Shown one piece after another: positions 1-9,045 of a DNA stretch of 64,000 nucleotides. Position 1 is the first letter of the stretch. Each line of letters starts with the position of its first letter. Below the pieces are notes generated by a model, which was given only the letters and a program-made list of their open reading frames with translations, ran no database searches and was not told where the DNA came from. A program made the translations under genes and the position numbers. Source of the DNA: Capsulimonadaceae bacterium. Its GTDB lineage: Bacteria; Armatimonadota; Armatimonadia; Armatimonadales; Capsulimonadaceae. The stretch is taken from assembly GCA_965215505.1 (NCBI GenBank), contig OZ244065.1, positions 1,312,001 through 1,376,000 of the forward strand, in the 5' to 3' direction.

Positions 1-480
1 CCTTCAACAACGGCCGTATCGCGCACTCAGACACGGGTGACAGACGCAGCGCGGTGTCAAGAAGTTATCATTCGCTTTGAGGAGGCGCAGGGGCGCTTCC
101 CCTTGTCAGTCTCCCAACTTCAAGGGGAACTTGCTTATGGGTGCGATGTTCTCAGCTTTGCTTCGGCACAGCTTCGCCAACAGTTCACCGGGAAGGAGAA
201 TGCTCCCGACATTAGCTTAATCCAGCGTCTCATCGAGGTCAAGGGGAAAAGTAGCGAGGATAGCACAATTGAGATGCGTGGTAATGAACTGCGGGCAGCC
301 CAGGACTTTGGCGAGCGCTATTTCTTGTACCGTGTATACGAGGGAATAGCTAAAGAATTTGCTATATTGGTACTGGCAAATCCTCTTGCATCTCAGTGTA
401 ACCACGTTTACGAGGTTAACATGAGCCAGCAACAGGCAACGGAACGGTTTCGGGCAGTTGAACTGGAAGACGGAGCATGA
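1..480 (+). CDS. DUF3883 (NOV C-terminal, PD-(D/E)xK-like) domain protein, 5'-truncated by the window edge
   Basis: Frame is open from base 1. The motif 'YGCDVLS...RLIEVKGKS...IEMRGNELRAAQDFGERYFLYRV' is typical of DUF3883. Visibly AT-richer than its neighbours. Confidence 0.75.
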   Translation, partial: PSTTAVSRTQTRVTDAARCQEVIIRFEEAQGRFPLSVSQLQGELAYGCDVLSFASAQLRQQFTGKENAPDISLIQRLIEVKGKSSEDSTIEMRGNELRAAQDFGERYFLYRVYEGIAKEFAILVLANPLASQCNHVYEVNMSQQQATERFRAVELEDGA

Positions 481-504
481 CGAGCAGAGATGTTTGGAAG
501 AGCG

Positions 505-714
505 TCACCGGTCGCCCTTGCTCCTTCTGACAGAGGCAATGAACTGTTCCCTCCTTTTTGGGTTGTTGATAAAATCCTCTGTCCGACGGATGGACTCTTC
601 AGCCGTCAGCTTGGCGCGTTTTGGCCGGCGGATGATCCAATCCGTTTCCGGCGGCACAGTTTCGGTCGGCTCTGCTTCTGTCAAAGCATCGGTGTTTGTC
701 TGTTCAGTTTCCAT
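505..714 (-). CDS. small hypothetical protein, orphan antitoxin-like
   Basis: GGGAGGAG RBS upstream of ATG 714. 69-aa ORF, divergent from polB. Confidence 0.55.
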   Translation of the reverse strand: METEQTNTDALTEAEPTETVPPETDWIIRRPKRAKLTAEESIRRTEDFINNPKRREQFIASVRRSKGDR

Positions 715-798
715 CAAGTTCGCTCCTCCCCACTGTCACAACCATTCTACCACATCCCCCACTCCCAGGACGGCGGCGGGTTGGGTACAATAGACTCC

Positions 799-2967
799 AT
801 GAGCGAGCGTCTGGACATTGTGCTGTTCGGGATTGACCCGACGGAAAGAATCGTGGCGGTGGAGACGGCGGACCGCGAGGCGACGCTGTTCGTCCGCGTG
901 GGCGAGGAGACGGTGACGAAGAGCGTCCCGTTCGTCCCGTGGCTGGTGACGGACAGGGAGCGGCATTTCCCCGGCGCCCAGACGACGGAGCTGGACGGCG
1001 AGGGCTACAACTGGCTGGTGCAGTTCCCGTCGGGCTGGCGATCTTACCAGGAGGCCAAGCGGACCCTGCGGGACGAACACGCCGGGGTCTGCCAGTACGG
1101 CAGCGCCATCAAACAGTTCATGGTGGCCTCCGGGTACACGCTGTTCAAGGGCATGGCGTTCGATGACCTGAAGCGGCTGCAAGTGGACATCGAGACGACA
1201 TCGCTGGACCCCAACCTGCCCGATGCCTGCATCTTCATGGTGAGCGTCTCGGATAACCGGGGCTTTTCGGATGTGCTCATCGGCGACGAGGCCGACATGC
1301 TGCGGCGGCTGCTGGCGATCACGCAGGAGCGCGACCCGGACGTCATCGAAGGGCACAACTTCTACTCTTTCGACCTGCCCTACCTCCTCGCCCGATGCGC
1401 CGCCCACGACATCCCCCCGACGTTCGGACGCATGGATAAGCCCGCCGTCATGGGTGCCCCGCGCAACTGCGCCATCGGGACCAACGCACGTCAGTTCACG
1501 CCGGTCTACCTCTACGGGCGGCATATTCTGGACACCCTGCTGCAAGTACAGCGCTTCGACTGGTCACGCGGGCAGGTGTCCTCGTATGGCCTGAAGGAGT
1601 GCGCGCAGACCTACGGCATCGCGCCGCCGGACCGCGTGTACCTGGACCGCAGCGAGATCGTCTCGATCTTCGAGAGTGACCCGGAGAAGGTCAAGACCTA
1701 TGCCGCCCAGGACGTGCAGGAGACGGCGGCTTTGGCGGCCCTGGTCGCCCCGACCGAGTTCTACCAGACCCAGATGATCCCCGACTCCTACCAGAACGTC
1801 GCCGTCACCGGCAACGGGGAGAAGATCAACGCCATCCTGCTGCGCGAGTATTTGCGTCAGGGCCGGGCCATCGCCAAGCAGAAGGCCCCCCAACCCTACC
1901 CCGGCGGCTACACCGAGGTGCGCGTCACGGGCGTGGTGAAGCCCATCGTCAAGGCGGACGTCGAGAGCCTGTACCCGAGCCTGATGCTGACCCAGAAGAT
2001 CGGCCCGGCCTCGGACACCTTGCAGATCTTCCTGCCCCTGCTGTCCGACCTGACCCAGCGGCGCCTGGACGCCAAAGGGCAGCTCAAGAAGACGCCCAAG
2101 GACACGCGCGAACACGCCTACTGGGACGGCCTCCAGAACTCCTTCAAGTCAATCATCAACTCGTTCTACGGCTACATCGGCGGCCCGTTCTACTTTAATG
2201 ACTACCTCGCCGCCCGGCAGGTGACCGAGGCGGGCCAAACCATTGTCAAGCAGATCGCATCGGAACTGGAAACGCAGGGCGCGCGGGTCATCGAGATAGA
2301 CACCGACGGCGTCTATTTCCAGCCGCCCGCCGATGTCAAGACCGAAGCGGACGAGCTGGCCTACGTCGAGAAGATCGGGGCATCACTGCCACCGGGGATC
2401 AGACTGGCCCATGACGGCTCCTATGCGGCCATGCTCTCGCTGAAGATGAAAAACTACGTCCTGGTCGAGCCGAACGGCCACAAGATCTTCAAAGGCTCCT
2501 CGCTGCGCTCGCGGGCCGATGAGCGCTACGGCCGCCACTTCCTGACCGACGCCGTGAACATGCTTCTGGACGAGGAGCCGGACAAGCTCTCGCACCTTTA
2601 CAGCGAGATGATAGACAAGATCGAGGCGGGCAAAATGCCGATTGAACAGCTCGCCAAGCGCGAGCGCGTCACCGACAAGCTGCTGTCGTCCGAACTGCGG
2701 AAGCGCGCCGCCGAGGCGATCCGGGGCGCGGGCATCAATCAGGGCGAGTTCGTCGCGCTGTACCAGAAGAAAGACAAATCGCTCGGTCTGGTGCAGGACT
2801 ACGCCCACGACGAGGATACCGACTACTACGCCCAGAAGCTTTACAAGTTTGCCGGGCGTCTGCGCGAGGCTGTCGGCGAGGACCACTTCGATACGCTGTT
2901 CCCCAAGCCTGTCCCCGTCGCCAAGCGGCCGGACCCGTCGCAGATGACGATGGACCTGTTTGGGTGA
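799..2967 (+). CDS. polB: family B DNA polymerase (Pol II/PolB-like) with 3'-5' exonuclease
   Basis: ExoI DIETT, ExoII GHNFYSFDLPY, ExoIII YAAQD, and polymerase motifs DVESLYPS, KSIINSFYG, IDTDG. C-terminal QMTMDLF resembles a beta-clamp-binding motif. Start set at ATG 799, 7 nt after TACAAT. Confidence 0.93.
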   Translation: MSERLDIVLFGIDPTERIVAVETADREATLFVRVGEETVTKSVPFVPWLVTDRERHFPGAQTTELDGEGYNWLVQFPSGWRSYQEAKRTLRDEHAGVCQYGSAIKQFMVASGYTLFKGMAFDDLKRLQVDIETTSLDPNLPDACIFMVSVSDNRGFSDVLIGDEADMLRRLLAITQERDPDVIEGHNFYSFDLPYLLARCAAHDIPPTFGRMDKPAVMGAPRNCAIGTNARQFTPVYLYGRHILDTLLQVQRFDWSRGQVSSYGLKECAQTYGIAPPDRVYLDRSEIVSIFESDPEKVKTYAAQDVQETAALAALVAPTEFYQTQMIPDSYQNVAVTGNGEKINAILLREYLRQGRAIAKQKAPQPYPGGYTEVRVTGVVKPIVKADVESLYPSLMLTQKIGPASDTLQIFLPLLSDLTQRRLDAKGQLKKTPKDTREHAYWDGLQNSFKSIINSFYGYIGGPFYFNDYLAARQVTEAGQTIVKQIASELETQGARVIEIDTDGVYFQPPADVKTEADELAYVEKIGASLPPGIRLAHDGSYAAMLSLKMKNYVLVEPNGHKIFKGSSLRSRADERYGRHFLTDAVNMLLDEEPDKLSHLYSEMIDKIEAGKMPIEQLAKRERVTDKLLSSELRKRAAEAIRGAGINQGEFVALYQKKDKSLGLVQDYAHDEDTDYYAQKLYKFAGRLREAVGEDHFDTLFPKPVPVAKRPDPSQMTMDLFG

Positions 2968-3695
2968 ACTTCCTCGCCCACTATGTCATCGCGACGCGCT
3001 TCCTGACGCCTACCGCCCCGCTGCCGGCTTATGTCGTCGGCAGCGCCCTCCCCGACTTGTTGCCACTTGCCGCCCGCCGCGTCCGCCTGCGCCCGGCCCT
3101 GGTCGAGCATCAGCCCGCGCCGACAGCCGAGGATGAAGCCCTGCGCGCGGGCGTTCTGGTACATCTGGCGACGGACGCCGCATTCCACAAAACGAGGGCG
3201 TTCGCCGAGGCGCAGGCCGAAGTCGGCCACATCCTCGCGCAGACGCCCTTTGACGGCATCCGCGTCCGGCGCTTCTTCGTGGCGCACGTCCTGACCGAAC
3301 TCGCACTGGATGCAGTCCTGCTGCGTCGTGATCCGACCGTCGCCGACGGCTTCTACGCGGCCTTCGCCGCCGACTATGCCCAAGTCACGGGCTGGACGGA
3401 GGCCGCTGTCGGCCAGCGGTTGCCCGACTTGCCCGCCGTGCTGGCGCGCTTCGCTGCGTCACGCTATCTGTATCAGTATGGGGAGGATGGGGGCGTAGCG
3501 ACCGGCCTGTCACGGCTCTGCGCGCGGGCGCGGCAGGACACGTTTGAGGGCAAGAACTACGGGCGTTTGGTTGCCGTCGTGGGGCAGACGGTCGCGGCGG
3601 TGGGGAGCAGGGCGATGGCACTGCTGGGGGAGACGGGGGCGATCCTCTCCCGTCACGCGAGCGTGCCACCCTCCCCTCGGAGGGAAGGGGTTTAG
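2964..3695 (+). CDS. AcpH/DUF479-like (ACP phosphodiesterase-like) helical metallohydrolase
   Basis: N-terminal MNFLAH, 'GSALPDL', 'GVLVHLATDAAFH' and 'HVLTELALD'. GTGA overlap with the polB stop. Confidence 0.65.
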   Translation: MNFLAHYVIATRFLTPTAPLPAYVVGSALPDLLPLAARRVRLRPALVEHQPAPTAEDEALRAGVLVHLATDAAFHKTRAFAEAQAEVGHILAQTPFDGIRVRRFFVAHVLTELALDAVLLRRDPTVADGFYAAFAADYAQVTGWTEAAVGQRLPDLPAVLARFAASRYLYQYGEDGGVATGLSRLCARARQDTFEGKNYGRLVAVVGQTVAAVGSRAMALLGETGAILSRHASVPPSPRREGV

Positions 3696-3799
3696 AAAGA
3701 GGCAGGATAGCCGTCCTCCGGCCCTGGAACGGGCCTCGACCTTTCCGGAATCCTTCCCTCCGAGGGGAGGGTGGCACGCTCGCGTGACGGGAGAGGATC
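3641..3799. repeat. REPIN-like element with a perfect 48-bp inverted repeat
   Basis: 3641-3688 is the exact reverse complement of 3752-3799, with a 63-nt spacer. It lies between convergent genes. Confidence 0.9.
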
Positions 3800-3809
3800 A
3801 GAGTGGGGA

Positions 3810-5453
3810 TCACTCCTGCCACAGCGCGCTCTGCGGCACGATCTGGAGCGGCTGGCTGGGGCTGACCCAGCGCAGATGGACCTCGGCGTGGCCCAAGCCG
3901 TTCCGGGCGTGCTGCGGGCCGTTGAAGTAGTCCACCACGATGTCGTACTTCCGGCCCGCTTCCAGCCGGATCGAGCCGCGCCGGGCGGTGAGCGCGTGGT
4001 CTTTCCAGTCGCTGATGAGGAGATGGCCGTCCACCCAGAGCATCAGGCCGTCGTCTTCCTGCGAGGCGAAGGTATAGACCTCCGAGTAGTCGGGCTGGAT
4101 CTTCCCCGTCCAATGCACCGAAAAGATGCGGCTGGCACCGGGGACGACGGCCGCCGTCATGCCCCAGTTGAAGTCAATCGCGGCATCGGTCCGGTGGCCG
4201 ATCAGAGTTGTCAGATACGGGCGGCCCCCGTAGATGGCCGCCGAGAGGCCGTGCCCGTTCGTCCCCGGCTGACCGTCGCCCGACGTGCGGGCCGGCTCGC
4301 CGTGCAGGAGGCCGCCGACGTTGCCGAACGCGCTCCCGCCGCTCGCCACGCGCCGCCCGCCGCCTCCTGCCCCATCCCGCCTGACACCGGGACCGACGCC
4401 CGAATGGCCGTAGCCGTCACCAGCGGCGGGCGAGTCCGGTCCGATTCCGGCGCCATCACCCGCCGCCCCCGCGCCAGTCCCACGGTTCGCGCCGCGTCCA
4501 CGGCCTGACCCCTTGCCGCTGCCCGCGCCCGTGCCGCCCCCCAGACCTCCGCCCAGGCCCGCGCCGTGGCCGCCGCGCAGGGCGGCCAGCAGCTTGCCGT
4601 CCAAGCCGCCTCGCCCGCGTCCCTGACCAAGCCCCGGCCCGCCGCCCGCGCCCTGGCTGAAGCCGGGCTTCTCCTCCGGCACGGCGTCTTCCGCCAGGGG
4701 GTTATTGACCGACATGATGGACTGGCCGCCGATGCGCGCGGCCATCTTGGGGAAGTGCATCCCCCCCACCAGGCCGCTGTCCTGCGGCTGGTCGGTGGGC
4801 GTCTGCGGGCCGTGCGCCGCGAAATGCCCGCCGCCGGACGCCCCGCCGGAAAGGCCTGTCCGGGCCGAGGCGCTGCGCGTGATCTTGGGCGCATCTGCGT
4901 GGGCCGCCGGGGGTGCCTCCGGCGTGTCTTCCGGCGTTGCCAGCCCGGCCAGCGGGTTCGGCATGTCCAGCGTGACGTGGGAGCGGTTGAGGCGGGGGGT
5001 GACGGACGACATTTTGACCGGCTCGGCCTGTTCCGGTAGTTTCTCCGGCGCGACCGTTTGGGCGGGGCGAACGGCGGCAGGCCTGGCGGCGGGCACTGCC
5101 CGCGCGATGCGGACCAGCGCCGCAGGCTTGGGAACGGCGCGCACGACCGGCTTCTCCTCGGCAGGTCTGACCGCCACCTTAGCCGTCGGCTTCGGTGCGA
5201 CTTTGGGAACCGGCCGCTTCTCCGGCAGCTTGGCGACTTTCGGCAGGGGCTTGGGCCGCGCCGCCACTTTCGGCACGGGCGGCTTTTTGGCCGGCGGCAG
5301 CGGTTCCAGGGTCAGCTCGATCTCTTTGGAGGGCGGCGCTTCGCCCTTCAAGCCGAAGCCCGGCCCGTGCAGGGCGAGGAAGACGTGAATCAGGACGGAC
5401 AGGAGCAGGAAGCACCCCAGCCACCACCAGCGTTCGGTCCGGACGTTACGCAA
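3810..5453 (-). CDS. TonB/TolA-like membrane-anchored Pro/Lys- and Gly-rich protein with a C-terminal PA14 domain
   Basis: N-terminal TM 'LLLSVLIHVFLAL' (SxxxH as in TonB) and a Pro/Lys-rich stalk. C-terminus 'IDFNWG...FSVHWTGKIQPDYSEVYTF...DDGLMLWVDG...RLEAGRKYDIVVDYF...LRWVSPSQPLQIVPQSAL' is PA14. Confidence 0.8.
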   Translation of the reverse strand: MRNVRTERWWWLGCFLLLSVLIHVFLALHGPGFGLKGEAPPSKEIELTLEPLPPAKKPPVPKVAARPKPLPKVAKLPEKRPVPKVAPKPTAKVAVRPAEEKPVVRAVPKPAALVRIARAVPAARPAAVRPAQTVAPEKLPEQAEPVKMSSVTPRLNRSHVTLDMPNPLAGLATPEDTPEAPPAAHADAPKITRSASARTGLSGGASGGGHFAAHGPQTPTDQPQDSGLVGGMHFPKMAARIGGQSIMSVNNPLAEDAVPEEKPGFSQGAGGGPGLGQGRGRGGLDGKLLAALRGGHGAGLGGGLGGGTGAGSGKGSGRGRGANRGTGAGAAGDGAGIGPDSPAAGDGYGHSGVGPGVRRDGAGGGGRRVASGGSAFGNVGGLLHGEPARTSGDGQPGTNGHGLSAAIYGGRPYLTTLIGHRTDAAIDFNWGMTAAVVPGASRIFSVHWTGKIQPDYSEVYTFASQEDDGLMLWVDGHLLISDWKDHALTARRGSIRLEAGRKYDIVVDYFNGPQHARNGLGHAEVHLRWVSPSQPLQIVPQSALWQE

Positions 5454-5470
5454 CTCGGTCTTCTCCTCGC

Positions 5471-5902
5471 CTACTGACTCGAAACGGCGGCGTTTTTCAG
5501 ATCGGTGGGCAGCAGGACGCGCGTCAGGCCGGCCTGACGGATGGCGTCCATGACGTCCATCACCTGCTCATAGCGGACGGATTTGTCGCCTTTGAGCAGC
5601 ACGCGCTGGCCCTTGTCCCGGTCGGCCGCCGCGATCAGCAAGGCCTGCACCTGGGGCAGCGTCACGGATTTGCCGTTGTAGTAGTACCGTCCGTCCGGGG
5701 CGATGGCGACGGTGACGTCTTTGGCCGTCTCGGGTGCCCCCTCGTGCGTGACGGTCTTGGGCAGGTTCAGCTTGAAGCCGGGGTTGTGGATGAAGACCGT
5801 CGTCACCATCAGGATGATGACCAGGGTGAGCGAGATGTCAATGAGCGGGATCAGGTTTATCTCCGCCACCGGGTCGTCTTCGGGCATCGAAGAGCGGTGC
5901 AT
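5471..5902 (-). CDS. exbD: ExbD/TolR family biopolymer transport protein
   Basis: 'EINLIPLIDISLTLVIILMVTT' and 'LLKGDKSVRYEQVMDVMDAIRQAG'. ATG 5902 overlaps the exbB stop. Confidence 0.9.
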   Translation of the reverse strand: MHRSSMPEDDPVAEINLIPLIDISLTLVIILMVTTVFIHNPGFKLNLPKTVTHEGAPETAKDVTVAIAPDGRYYYNGKSVTLPQVQALLIAAADRDKGQRVLLKGDKSVRYEQVMDVMDAIRQAGLTRVLLPTDLKNAAVSSQ

Positions 5903-6522
5903 CAGGCTACCTCCTCCCGCGTCCGGGTACGCAGGTACAGCGGCCCAAGGAGGGCGACGTGGGCCTGGATCTGGAGCAGCATCATCTGGACGCGCCCCAC
6001 GAGGTAATTGTAGACCACGATGCTTGGCACGGCGACCAGCAGGCCGAAGGCGGTGGCGCTGAGGGCTTCGGCGATGCCGCTCGCCATGGCGTCGCCGTTC
6101 AGCCCGCTCTTGCTCATGCCCTGGAAGGCGGCCATGACTCCCAGCACGGTCCCGAACAGGCCGACGAACGGCGTGGTGCTGCCGATGGTCGCCAGAGTCC
6201 CCAGGAAGCGCCGCAGGCGCATCCGCTGCAAGGCCAGGGCGATGTCCGAGGCCGTCGCGATGGTGTCCTCGCTCTCGCCGCGCAGTGGGGCGAGCGAGTG
6301 GAGTATCTGCGCGACCGGGGCGTCGGCGAACTCCGGGGCGGTGAGCGCACCGGGCCGCCCCTGCGCCAGCGCGGCTTTGAGGCCCTCGAAGGTTTCGTCT
6401 TCGAGCCGCCGCAGCATTGCTAATGTCCACAGCCGTTCCAGCATGACGGCTACGGCGAGGATGGAGCAGATCAGGAGGGGGAAGCGGACGATCCCCGCGT
6501 TGTTGAACAGACTGAGCAGCAT
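5902..6522 (-). CDS. exbB: MotA/TolQ/ExbB proton channel family protein
   Basis: 'LATIGSTTPFVGLFGTVLGVMAAF' and 'GIAEALSATAFGLLVAVPS'. Start at ATG 6522. Confidence 0.9.
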   Translation of the reverse strand: MLLSLFNNAGIVRFPLLICSILAVAVMLERLWTLAMLRRLEDETFEGLKAALAQGRPGALTAPEFADAPVAQILHSLAPLRGESEDTIATASDIALALQRMRLRRFLGTLATIGSTTPFVGLFGTVLGVMAAFQGMSKSGLNGDAMASGIAEALSATAFGLLVAVPSIVVYNYLVGRVQMMLLQIQAHVALLGPLYLRTRTREEVA

Positions 6523-6542
6523 AGCCGAAAACCTTTCCGATT

Positions 6543-8639
6543 CTACCCGGCCGCCTTCAGGTAGGCGAGTCGTACTTTCGCCTTGGCGACGCGCGCGCTG
6601 GTCGGGTACTCGCTCACCAGCCGGGAGAGGCGCTGGACGGCGGCGGCCTTCTTGCCGGCCTTCTCCCAGGACGCGCCCGCCCAATACAGCGCCTCGGGCC
6701 GCAGGTCGTCGGCGGCCTTGTCGGCGGCAAGCAGGTCAAAGGCCGCCGCCGCGTCGTCGTACTTGCCCAGGCTGTAGAGCGTGTTGCCCAGCCCGAGACG
6801 CGCCTGGGGCGCGTCGGCGCTCTGCGGGTATTTTGCCAACAAGTCGGCGTAACGCGCCTGGGCGTCGTCGAACTTCTGCGCTTTGAAGCTCGCGTCGCCC
6901 AGATGCAGGAGTGCCTGGGAGGCATAGGCGCTCTGCCCGAACTCGGAGGCCAGCCGGGACCAGAGCGGCAGGGCGGCCTCGCCATGGCCCTGCTTCTCGC
7001 TGACCCAGGCCTGCGTGAACAGCACCGTCGCCATCACGTCCGGCGGGGGACTGCCCGCCGAGAGCGTCTGGCAGCCCGCCAGGGCATCATCCCACTTCTG
7101 CTGGTCCAGGTCGGCCTGCACCAGAGCGAGCCGCGCCTGCTGCTCGATTGCGGGTGAGTAACCCGGCCTGGCGGACAGGGCGAGCGCGGCGCGGGCGGAC
7201 TTCTCCGCCGCTGCGGGCTGTTTGCGCGCGATATCCAGCCAGGCCAGTTGGACGTGCGCGTCCGGCAGCCAGTCCGTCCCGGCCCCGCCCGTGACGGCGG
7301 CGGTCAGCGCGGCGAAGGCGGGCGCGTTCTTATCCTGCCCCTGGTCGGCCAGGCCGAGCAGATAGTGTGCCTCCGCCGCGACATCGGCGGGCGGCGCTGC
7401 CGCGAGCAGGGCCGTCAGCGCAGCCCCCGCCGGGGCATACCTCTTGGCGTCCAAGTCCAGCCGCGCCCGCTGGAGGACTCCGGCGGCGTTGTCCTCTTTC
7501 ACCGCCGCCTTGACGTCCCCGGCCTTCGCCCTAGCCTTGGAGGCGAGTTCGGAGGCGGGGAAGCGCGAGGCGACGGAGGCGAACAGCGCGGCGGCCTCGG
7601 CCGAGTGTCCGAGGGCGAGGGCGCAGTTGGCCGACCAATATAGCCCCTGCGCGGCGACCTTGGCGTCCGGCGACTTGGCCGCCGCATTGTAGGCGGCCTG
7701 GGCGGGCGTGTACTGCTTCTGCGCGTACAGGCATCGGCCCAGGGTCAGTTCGGCGGGAAGGCGCTGCGGGTCGGCGGCGGGCAGTCTGGCGAGGATGGCC
7801 TGGAGCCGAGTCGTCGCCCCGGCATAATCTTCCAGCTTCAGCAGGGCGTTGACGAGGCCGTCTTCCGCCGCCTGCTTGGTGTCTGCATCGGCACCGTTCG
7901 CAGACAAAGCCGCCTGGAACTCATCCCGCGCCTGGCCGTACTGCCTGGCATCAAGGTCCATCTGCCCCAGCAGCAGCGACGCCTGCGGGCGGTCCGCGCT
8001 CTTGGGGTAGCGGTCCAGGACGGCGCGGAGATGCTGGTGCGCCTCGTCCGTCCGGCCCAGCTTCAGCGCGGACAGGCCCGCGCCGAACGTGGCATCGGCG
8101 GCGGCCTCGCTGTCCGGGTACTTGCCGACGACTTCATTGTACGCCTGGGCGGCGGCCTCATAACTGCCGAGCTGGTAGTCCGCCTGACCCAGCCAATCAT
8201 AGGCGACCGGGGCCTGAGCGGGCGTGACGCCCGCCGCCGTCGCCGCCTTCAGCGCGCCGGCGGCTTTGGCCCACTGACTCGTCTGCAAGGCCGCCTCGCC
8301 CAGACCCAGTTCGGCGGTGTTCCGGACGGCCGGGTCTTTGGCGGCGACGGCCTTCTCGTAGGCCGGCACGGCTTTGGCGTACTGCCCCAGCTCCGAGCGG
8401 CACCGGCCCAGGGCCAGCGCGGCGGCCCCGGCGCGCGGGTGGCCTGGATTAGCGGCTAGAAAGGCGTCCAGGAGTTTGGCGGCCTGGGCGAACTTGCCCG
8501 CGTCGTACAAAGCGGACGCGGCGGCGAGCTGCTCGGCGGGCGGTTGGGCCTGGGCGTGAAGGGATCGGAGCGGCGCGGCTAGCGTCAGGGCGGGCGCGGC
8601 CAGCAGGACGGCAAAGAGGCGGCAGGACGGCGGGATCAT
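6543..8639 (-). CDS. secreted multi-TPR protein (CpoB/BamD-like repeats)
   Basis: Signal peptide followed by many TPR units, e.g. 'YNEVVGKYPDSEAAADATF' and 'YADLLAKYPQSADAPQARLGLG'. Confidence 0.85.
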   Translation of the reverse strand: MIPPSCRLFAVLLAAPALTLAAPLRSLHAQAQPPAEQLAAASALYDAGKFAQAAKLLDAFLAANPGHPRAGAAALALGRCRSELGQYAKAVPAYEKAVAAKDPAVRNTAELGLGEAALQTSQWAKAAGALKAATAAGVTPAQAPVAYDWLGQADYQLGSYEAAAQAYNEVVGKYPDSEAAADATFGAGLSALKLGRTDEAHQHLRAVLDRYPKSADRPQASLLLGQMDLDARQYGQARDEFQAALSANGADADTKQAAEDGLVNALLKLEDYAGATTRLQAILARLPAADPQRLPAELTLGRCLYAQKQYTPAQAAYNAAAKSPDAKVAAQGLYWSANCALALGHSAEAAALFASVASRFPASELASKARAKAGDVKAAVKEDNAAGVLQRARLDLDAKRYAPAGAALTALLAAAPPADVAAEAHYLLGLADQGQDKNAPAFAALTAAVTGGAGTDWLPDAHVQLAWLDIARKQPAAAEKSARAALALSARPGYSPAIEQQARLALVQADLDQQKWDDALAGCQTLSAGSPPPDVMATVLFTQAWVSEKQGHGEAALPLWSRLASEFGQSAYASQALLHLGDASFKAQKFDDAQARYADLLAKYPQSADAPQARLGLGNTLYSLGKYDDAAAAFDLLAADKAADDLRPEALYWAGASWEKAGKKAAAVQRLSRLVSEYPTSARVAKAKVRLAYLKAAG

Positions 8640-8715
8640 CGAGCGGCTCCTATCAATCGAGAGCAGGGCGGGACGGCGACGGGGTCCCCGGCGGCCGTCA
8701 CTGGATAGCTTTGAA

Positions 8716-8742
8716 GACGCTCATGTCGGGCGTATTGTTTCA
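8716..8742 (-). promoter_or_regulatory. ECF-sigma-type promoter for the TPR-exbB-exbD-PA14 operon
   Basis: The minus strand reads TGAAAC-N17-CGTC, about 75 nt upstream of the TPR gene. Confidence 0.5.
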
Positions 8743-8810
8743 TCTATTTTGCCGACCCCTCGTCGCGCAGGCAGGAAACGGGGCGGGCGGCGGTGAAAGC
8801 GGGCGGTACT

Positions 8811-9041
8811 ATGGCAACCGAGAAGAAGTTTCGCATCCACTACCCCCTGGCGCAGATCAGCGCCCCGGTCCTGACGCATCTGGTGACGGATTTCGACCTG
8901 TCCCCGAACGTCCTGCGCGCCGACGTCAACGCCCGCGACGGCGGCTGGCTGGTGCTGGGGCTGACGGGGGACGACGCCCGGCTGGAGTCCGCGCTGGACT
9001 GGCTGCGCGGGCAAGGGCTGGAAGTCTCGGAGGAGGAGTAA
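8811..9041 (+). CDS. NIL domain protein
   Basis: 76 aa. 'PVLTHLVTDFDLSPNVLRADV...GWLVLGLTG...ALDWLRGQGLEV' fits a stand-alone NIL domain. Confidence 0.8.
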   Translation: MATEKKFRIHYPLAQISAPVLTHLVTDFDLSPNVLRADVNARDGGWLVLGLTGDDARLESALDWLRGQGLEVSEEE

Positions 9042-9045
9042 CCCT

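Noticed and set aside
799-2967. PolB as a marker of a casposon, pipolin or prophage
   Set aside because: No cas1, integrase, terminal repeats or phage genes in the window. Host-like codon usage and a clamp-binding-like tail.
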